From: Patescibacteria group bacterium
GTDB taxonomy: Bacteria; Patescibacteriota; Minisyncoccia; UBA6257; UBA9933
Length of the DNA stretch: 59,348 nucleotides
Assembly (NCBI GenBank): GCA_038057075.1
Contig: JBBUDV010000002.1
Span: 39,754-99,101 of the forward strand
Reading direction: 5' to 3'
Of the stretch, positions 55,625 through 59,348 are shown one piece after another. The notes below the pieces were generated by a model. That model was not told the DNA's origin, did not search any database, and saw only the letters and a list, made by a program, of their open reading frames with translations. Every line of letters starts with the position of its first letter. Position 1 is the first letter of the stretch. A program made the position numbers and the translations under genes.

Positions 55625-55912
55625 TCAACCACAAGTTTGACTGGTGTTTGCAGACACAAGAGCGATTGAGTCGCCAACCTCCAACAAACCCCTCGTCTGA
55701 CGGTTATGTTCACTGCACAGTGGAATAATGTACCAATTTTTGTCGTATGAACTGTCCTTTTGGACATGGGCACCGACCTCGGGCTTTTTAGTACAGCTTT
55801 TTTCCGGGCAATAAGTTTGGAGCGATTGGCGACTGTAGTTTTTCCAGTGATCCAACCAACTCCCGCATTTGCAGGAATTATCGCTTGTTCCATTGATATT
55901 GTTTACTTTCAT
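55625..55912 (-). CDS. small Cys/His-rich zinc-finger protein, possibly a His-Me-finger nuclease
   Basis: 95 aa. CKCGSWLDHW ... CPEKSC ... GAHV ... IIPLCSEHN. Preferred over the overlapping out-of-frame ORF 55576..55893. Confidence 0.5.
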   Translation of the reverse strand: MKVNNINGTSDNSCKCGSWLDHWKNYSRQSLQTYCPEKSCTKKPEVGAHVQKDSSYDKNWYIIPLCSEHNRQTRGLLEVGDSIALVSANTSQTCG

Positions 55913-56054
55913 ATTGATTCTTTTGTTTGAGTTAATTTTTTTGTACTCGCCGTCGACCTTATGGTCTTTTCAGATCATCGGGAATGCTTATATATTAAGC
56001 GGCTAAATAAAATCTGTCAACTCTGTCATACTTTAATTGCCTGTGGATAACTTT

Positions 56055-56083
56055 TTGCATATCTTTGACATATCCACTATAAT
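56055..56083 (+). promoter_or_regulatory. sigma70 promoter giving a leaderless LexA-like transcript
   Basis: TTGCAT (56055..56060), a 17-nt spacer, TATAAT (56078..56083), and the ATG at 56090. CATATC is repeated in the spacer. Confidence 0.55.
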
Positions 56084-56089
56084 ATCAAT

Positions 56090-56722
56090 ATGCATACAAT
56101 ACAAGAAAAACTACTCAAAGTGATTGATGATAAGAATATTGGCGGTCTCGCACTGCGCCAGGTCGGAGAGTTGATAGGAGAAAAACTTCCCCAAAAAATT
56201 AAACACCATCTCTCCCAGCTGGAGAGAAAGGGTTTTATTTTGATCGATAGAAAAAATAAAAAAATCAGCAGAATTAGTAACAAAGCAAAGGCTGGAGATA
56301 TTTTTGTTTCAATTCCAATAGTCGGTGCCGCTAATTGTGGCCCGGCAACTATTTACGCTGATCAAAATATTGAAGGATATTTAAAAATATCCAAACGCCT
56401 TGCTCCAAACAAAAAAAGTATTTTCGCTTTAAGAGCGGAGGGTAATTCTCTAAACAAAGCAGACATTGGTGGCAAGAATGTGGAGAGTGGAGATTTTGTT
56501 ATTGTAGATAGCGAAAACACATCACCATGCGATGGCGATTATGTTGTATCTGTTATTGATGGCATGGCTAATATAAAAAAATACCGTTTGGATACGGATA
56601 ATTCTAGAATTGCACTTCTATCAGAATCAACGCAAGAATATTCGCCAATCTTTATTCATGAAAATGATGATTTTAGAATAAGTGGCAAAGTTGTTGAGGT
56701 TGTGAAGAATATCGGGCAATAA
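56090..56722 (+). CDS. LexA-like repressor (wHTH plus S24 self-cleaving peptidase domain)
   Basis: N-terminal LexA-type wHTH. Candidate cleavage site VGAANCGP (Cys-Gly, as in UmuD). Ser in EGNSL and Lys in ANIKKY. Confidence 0.75.
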   Translation: MHTIQEKLLKVIDDKNIGGLALRQVGELIGEKLPQKIKHHLSQLERKGFILIDRKNKKISRISNKAKAGDIFVSIPIVGAANCGPATIYADQNIEGYLKISKRLAPNKKSIFALRAEGNSLNKADIGGKNVESGDFVIVDSENTSPCDGDYVVSVIDGMANIKKYRLDTDNSRIALLSESTQEYSPIFIHENDDFRISGKVVEVVKNIGQ

Positions 56723-56748
56723 TATGCTAAAATAGGATTATAGATTTT

Positions 56749-57894
56749 ATGAAGAAAAAAGAAATCAAATTTAGGTTAGCGGAATTGTTTTCTGGCCCCG
56801 GAGGACTCGCTCTCGGCGCAATCCGATCTTCCGTTGAGAATGACAATACTATTTATGGTATTGAGCCTATTTGGGCAAACGATTATGATGCCGATACCTG
56901 TAAAACATACGCTCGCAATATTCACAACGGAAATGAAAAAGGTGTTGTTTGCGCCCCTGTTCAAGAAATAGATTTTGAAAAAGTACCAAAGTTTGATGTC
57001 CTTGCCTTCGGATTTCCTTGCAATGATTTTAGTGTTGTCGGTGAGCAAAAAGGTTTTGACGGAAAATTTGGCCCCCTTTATTCTCACGGAGTCAGAGCAA
57101 TAAACACACACAATCCAAAATGGTTCATTGCAGAAAATGTTAGTGGCTTACAAAGTGCAAATGGAGGCAATGCTTTTAAACAAATTTTGAAAGACCTCGG
57201 TTCGGCAGGAAAAGGTTATATTCTCACGCCACATTTATATAAGTTTGAAGAATATGGAGTGCCACAGCAAAGACACCGAATTGTCATTATCGGCATAAGA
57301 AAAGATTTGGGATTAAAATTCAAGGTTCCCGCTCCAACTACAAAATATAATTATGTGAGTGCGCGAGAGGCAATAGAAAATCCACGAATATCAGATAACG
57401 CGCAAAATCACGAACTTACCAAACAATCTGCTGGCGTTATAGAGCGACTAAAGCATATTCCCGCTGGAGAAAATGCTTGGTATGAGGGAATACCCAAACA
57501 TTTGAGACTGAATGTAAAAGGTGCTCGCATGAGTCAGATTTATAAAAGATTAGACCCCAAAAAACCCGCTTATACGATCACCGGAAGCGGAGGCGGTGGA
57601 ACGCATGTTTACCACTGGTCAGAACATCGTGCTCTTACAAACCGAGAACGAGCACGACTGCAGTCTTTCCCCGATAACTTTGTGTTTGAAGGCTCCAAAG
57701 AAAGCGCGAGAAAACAAATCGGTATGGCTGTGCCTCCAGTTGGAGCACGGGCAGTTATTTCTGCCGTGCTAAAGACTTTTGCCGGAATTCCTTACGAGTC
57801 GGTTGAGTCAAAACTTACTAATGGAGAAGCCAACGCACGCGAGATAGCGAGCCTGTTTGATGATGTAAAGATGGGAGCTATAGTTGCTTTATAA
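56749..57894 (+). CDS. DNA (cytosine-5)-methyltransferase
   Basis: Motif I LFSGPGGLALG, IV GFPCNDFS, VI ENV, VIII QQRHR, IX RERARLQSFPDNFVF, X GMAVPP. Confidence 0.92.
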   Translation: MKKKEIKFRLAELFSGPGGLALGAIRSSVENDNTIYGIEPIWANDYDADTCKTYARNIHNGNEKGVVCAPVQEIDFEKVPKFDVLAFGFPCNDFSVVGEQKGFDGKFGPLYSHGVRAINTHNPKWFIAENVSGLQSANGGNAFKQILKDLGSAGKGYILTPHLYKFEEYGVPQQRHRIVIIGIRKDLGLKFKVPAPTTKYNYVSAREAIENPRISDNAQNHELTKQSAGVIERLKHIPAGENAWYEGIPKHLRLNVKGARMSQIYKRLDPKKPAYTITGSGGGGTHVYHWSEHRALTNRERARLQSFPDNFVFEGSKESARKQIGMAVPPVGARAVISAVLKTFAGIPYESVESKLTNGEANAREIASLFDDVKMGAIVAL

Positions 57895-58717
57895 GTTCCT
57901 CCCAATCTTTTTTTGATTTTTTCAAGAGACCGGACTCTTTAACGAACCGGATACCATCAAATTCCTGTCCTGGAATTTCTTTTGCTTCTCTCAAATCAGT
58001 GTAGCGGCACCACCCCGCGACTTCGCAGGGTATATTTACAAAGTCCGGCATCAAATCCTTGTATTTTGAGTAATGAGGTTTGTTTTTTACTGCCTCGCTA
58101 ATTTCTTCTTTTGTCAGTCTCAGTAGGTGGTCGTCAGGAATGTCGGGGCGGCAGTAAATATAAATATCTGATCTACGCTCCTTGATTTTGATTTCATTTT
58201 CCCCAAGAACCAAAAACGCACTTTTGGGTTTGGACGATTTTATTCCAACACCAATTTTAGGTGTTCTCATTTTTCCCTTATCCTCAACTCTGGTTATATC
58301 TTGGAGCACGATTTCATCACGAATATCAAAATCAAGTTCAATATTTAGACCAAATTCTCTTTTCAGAAATTTTTTAACAGCGACTTCTCCTAGTTGCCCC
58401 TTAACCCAGTTCGTGATTTTCTGTCCAAATTCTCGTTGCCGTCCTGTACCAAAGTCCGATTGGACATAGTTTCTAAAATGCTGTGCGAGGGCAAAATCTA
58501 AACACAACGCGTAGTCCTCTTTATCTAGTTCAACAGTTCTCCACACCAAGCCCTCTTTCCATTTACGAAGCACGCTCTCATCAAAATAAAATCTGCCTCT
58601 CCCGCCACTCCTTTCAAGACAGGGAAATTCTGCCGCACTTTTGAAGTAGTTATCAAAAGTCTTTTCATCAAGACCGAGAAATTCAACTGCTTCTTTTTTG
58701 GAAAGGATTTTTGGCAT
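57878..58717 (-). CDS. putative type II restriction endonuclease with an N-terminal HTH
   Basis: Assigned by position: it follows the C-protein gene, converges on the methyltransferase, and overlaps it by 17 nt. The N-terminus LSKKEAVEFLGLDEKTFDNY is HTH-like. The central region has D...(E/G)xK-type candidates but no secure catalytic motif. Confidence 0.5.
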   Translation of the reverse strand: MPKILSKKEAVEFLGLDEKTFDNYFKSAAEFPCLERSGGRGRFYFDESVLRKWKEGLVWRTVELDKEDYALCLDFALAQHFRNYVQSDFGTGRQREFGQKITNWVKGQLGEVAVKKFLKREFGLNIELDFDIRDEIVLQDITRVEDKGKMRTPKIGVGIKSSKPKSAFLVLGENEIKIKERRSDIYIYCRPDIPDDHLLRLTKEEISEAVKNKPHYSKYKDLMPDFVNIPCEVAGWCRYTDLREAKEIPGQEFDGIRFVKESGLLKKSKKDWEELIKQL

Positions 58718-58719
58718 AG

Positions 58720-58941
58720 TTATTTTATGAAAAAGGAAATGTCTTTTTTGTAGATATTTGCAAACTTTTTAATCTCTGCAACATCAAGCCGTCTTTCGCC
58801 GGACTCGATTTTTGAGATATATGACTGCGGTTTACCGAGTTTTTCGGCAACCTCTTGCTGGGCAAGCCCAGCCTCAATTCGCGCTGTTTTTAAGCGTTCT
58901 ATGATGTCTTTATAGTCTTTTGTATAAATAGACTTGCCCAT
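58720..58941 (-). CDS. XRE-family HTH controller (C) protein
   Basis: 73 aa. LAQQEVAEKLGKPQSYISKIESGERRLD. Its stop lies 2 nt before the endonuclease start. Confidence 0.75.
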   Translation of the reverse strand: MGKSIYTKDYKDIIERLKTARIEAGLAQQEVAEKLGKPQSYISKIESGERRLDVAEIKKFANIYKKDISFFIK

Positions 58942-58967
58942 ACTTATTTCTATGATATATCCTTTTA

Positions 58968-58976
58968 TGGTATAAT
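58968..58976 (+). promoter_or_regulatory. extended -10 promoter reading into the right repeat arm
   Basis: TGgTATAAT on the + strand, about 25 nt upstream of 59001. Confidence 0.4.
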
Positions 58977-58989
58977 CCCAAAATGGGAT
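58975..58989. promoter_or_regulatory. candidate C-box operator palindrome
   Basis: ATCCCAAAATGGGAT overlaps the putative -35 (TTGGGA) of the C-gene promoter. A TATCAT -10 lies about 10 nt upstream of the ATG. Confidence 0.4.
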
Positions 58990-59000
58990 ACAATGTATTT

Positions 59001-59298
59001 ATGAATTTTTCCGCCGAAAAAACCTTTTGCCGAAGCGAGGACGGCTCGGCAGGAGGGGGTTGGGGGGAGGAATGCCGAGCCGTCCGAGCGAAGTCCGCAG
59101 AGCCCCGCCGCCTGCTCGGTCAGAGCAGGACACCACAGAAAAGTTTTGTTTTCCTTTTAGAAGAAAAAATCCGTCGCGCGCAAATCAAAAAATGCGAACA
59201 AAACTTTTCTGTGGTGTGGCGAGCGTTAGCGAGCGGCGGCGGGGCGGTTCAGTCGTTCCGCTCAAAATGGGTTCGTGCAAAGTTTAGAATTGAGCACC
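59001..59298 (+). repeat. right arm of the perfect 298-bp inverted repeat
   Basis: Reverse complement of 54702..54999. Internal 13-bp, 11-bp and 21-bp stems are described in the findings. Confidence 0.95.
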
Positions 59299-59348
59299 AG
59301 ATAATACTTTCACGATTTTTGGGGGAGGTTGCCTCGCCGCTTCGCGGC

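Noticed and set aside
55576-55893. 105-aa ORF overlapping 55625..55912 in another frame
   Set aside because: The alternative 95-aa frame has an ordered Cys/His zinc-finger pattern. The 105-aa frame is basic low-complexity sequence with no motif.
56042-56050. Perfect DnaA box TGTGGATAA (TTATCCACA) with weaker relatives at 37127..37137, 41979..41987 and 56071..56079; possible oriC
   Set aside because: The boxes are isolated and spread over 19 kb. No dnaA or dnaN gene and no AT-rich unwinding cluster lie next to them. A shared 11-mer (TATCCACAGGC, two copies) is expected by chance at this window size.
54702-59298. Classical composite transposon or IS element
   Set aside because: No transposase-like ORF lies in or near the arms. 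The arms lack terminal inverted repeats of their own, and no direct target duplication flanks the unit. It is therefore reported as an unexplained IR-bounded cassette rather than called a mobile_element.
1-59348. Alternative genetic code (UGA recoding, as in some CPR lineages)
   Set aside because: Conserved genes (asnB, hppA, gap, clpP, trpS, rnj) are full length under the standard code and end at sensible positions, including at TGA stops.

Overview
This is a visibly AT-rich bacterial contig of 59.3 kb. Its gene content suggests a Patescibacteria/CPR (Parcubacteria-like) genome (inference): H+-pyrophosphatase, RNase J, a lone transketolase N subunit, tandem O-antigen-ligase-like/TPR membrane proteins, a four-helix-bundle protein, a LAGLIDADG endonuclease and many membrane-anchored hypotheticals. 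The standard genetic code appears to hold. Layout by region follows. (1) 1-8.4 kb is a glycan-modification cluster with a C-methyltransferase, two FkbM methyltransferases, a GT2, a CgeB-like protein and a double GT4. (2) 8.6-22.3 kb is an envelope block with a LamG+NlpC/P60 protein, asnB, two O-antigen-ligase-like proteins and a 1127-aa PG-binding surface-layer-like protein with a ~400-nt structured leader. (3) 22.4-24.1 kb holds a wHTH regulator carrying an iteron-like TTGCCGAAYT array that continues into its own promoter, then tRNA-Leu(CAA) with an abutting LAGLIDADG gene. (4) 24-37 kb holds stress and envelope genes: Hsp20, PrsW, the transketolase N subunit and a membrane-anchored Clp-like AAA+. 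(5) 37-54.6 kb is housekeeping: secG, a substrate-binding protein, tRNA-Leu(CAG), rnj, trpS, rpiB, gap, a 2-hydroxyacid dehydrogenase, clpP, hppA, nusA, ruvC, a YebC-family protein, a class IV aminotransferase and DUF192. The most unusual region is 54.7-59.3 kb. There, two perfect 298-bp GC-rich, highly structured inverted repeats bracket a cassette containing tRNA-Arg(TCT), two small HNH-type ORFs, a leaderless LexA-like repressor co-oriented with a Dcm-type methyltransferase, and a convergent C-protein/putative endonuclease operon. No recombinase is visible. Other signals not explained by the gene list: a 99-bp identical leader shared by clpP and the Clp-like ATPase operon; a 21-bp inverted repeat flanking a promoter-bearing 99-bp segment; in-frame palindromic or GC-rich mini-insertions in conserved genes; and a GC-rich intergenic element at 25.4 kb. 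All calls come from reading the sequence and ORF translations. No database search was run.
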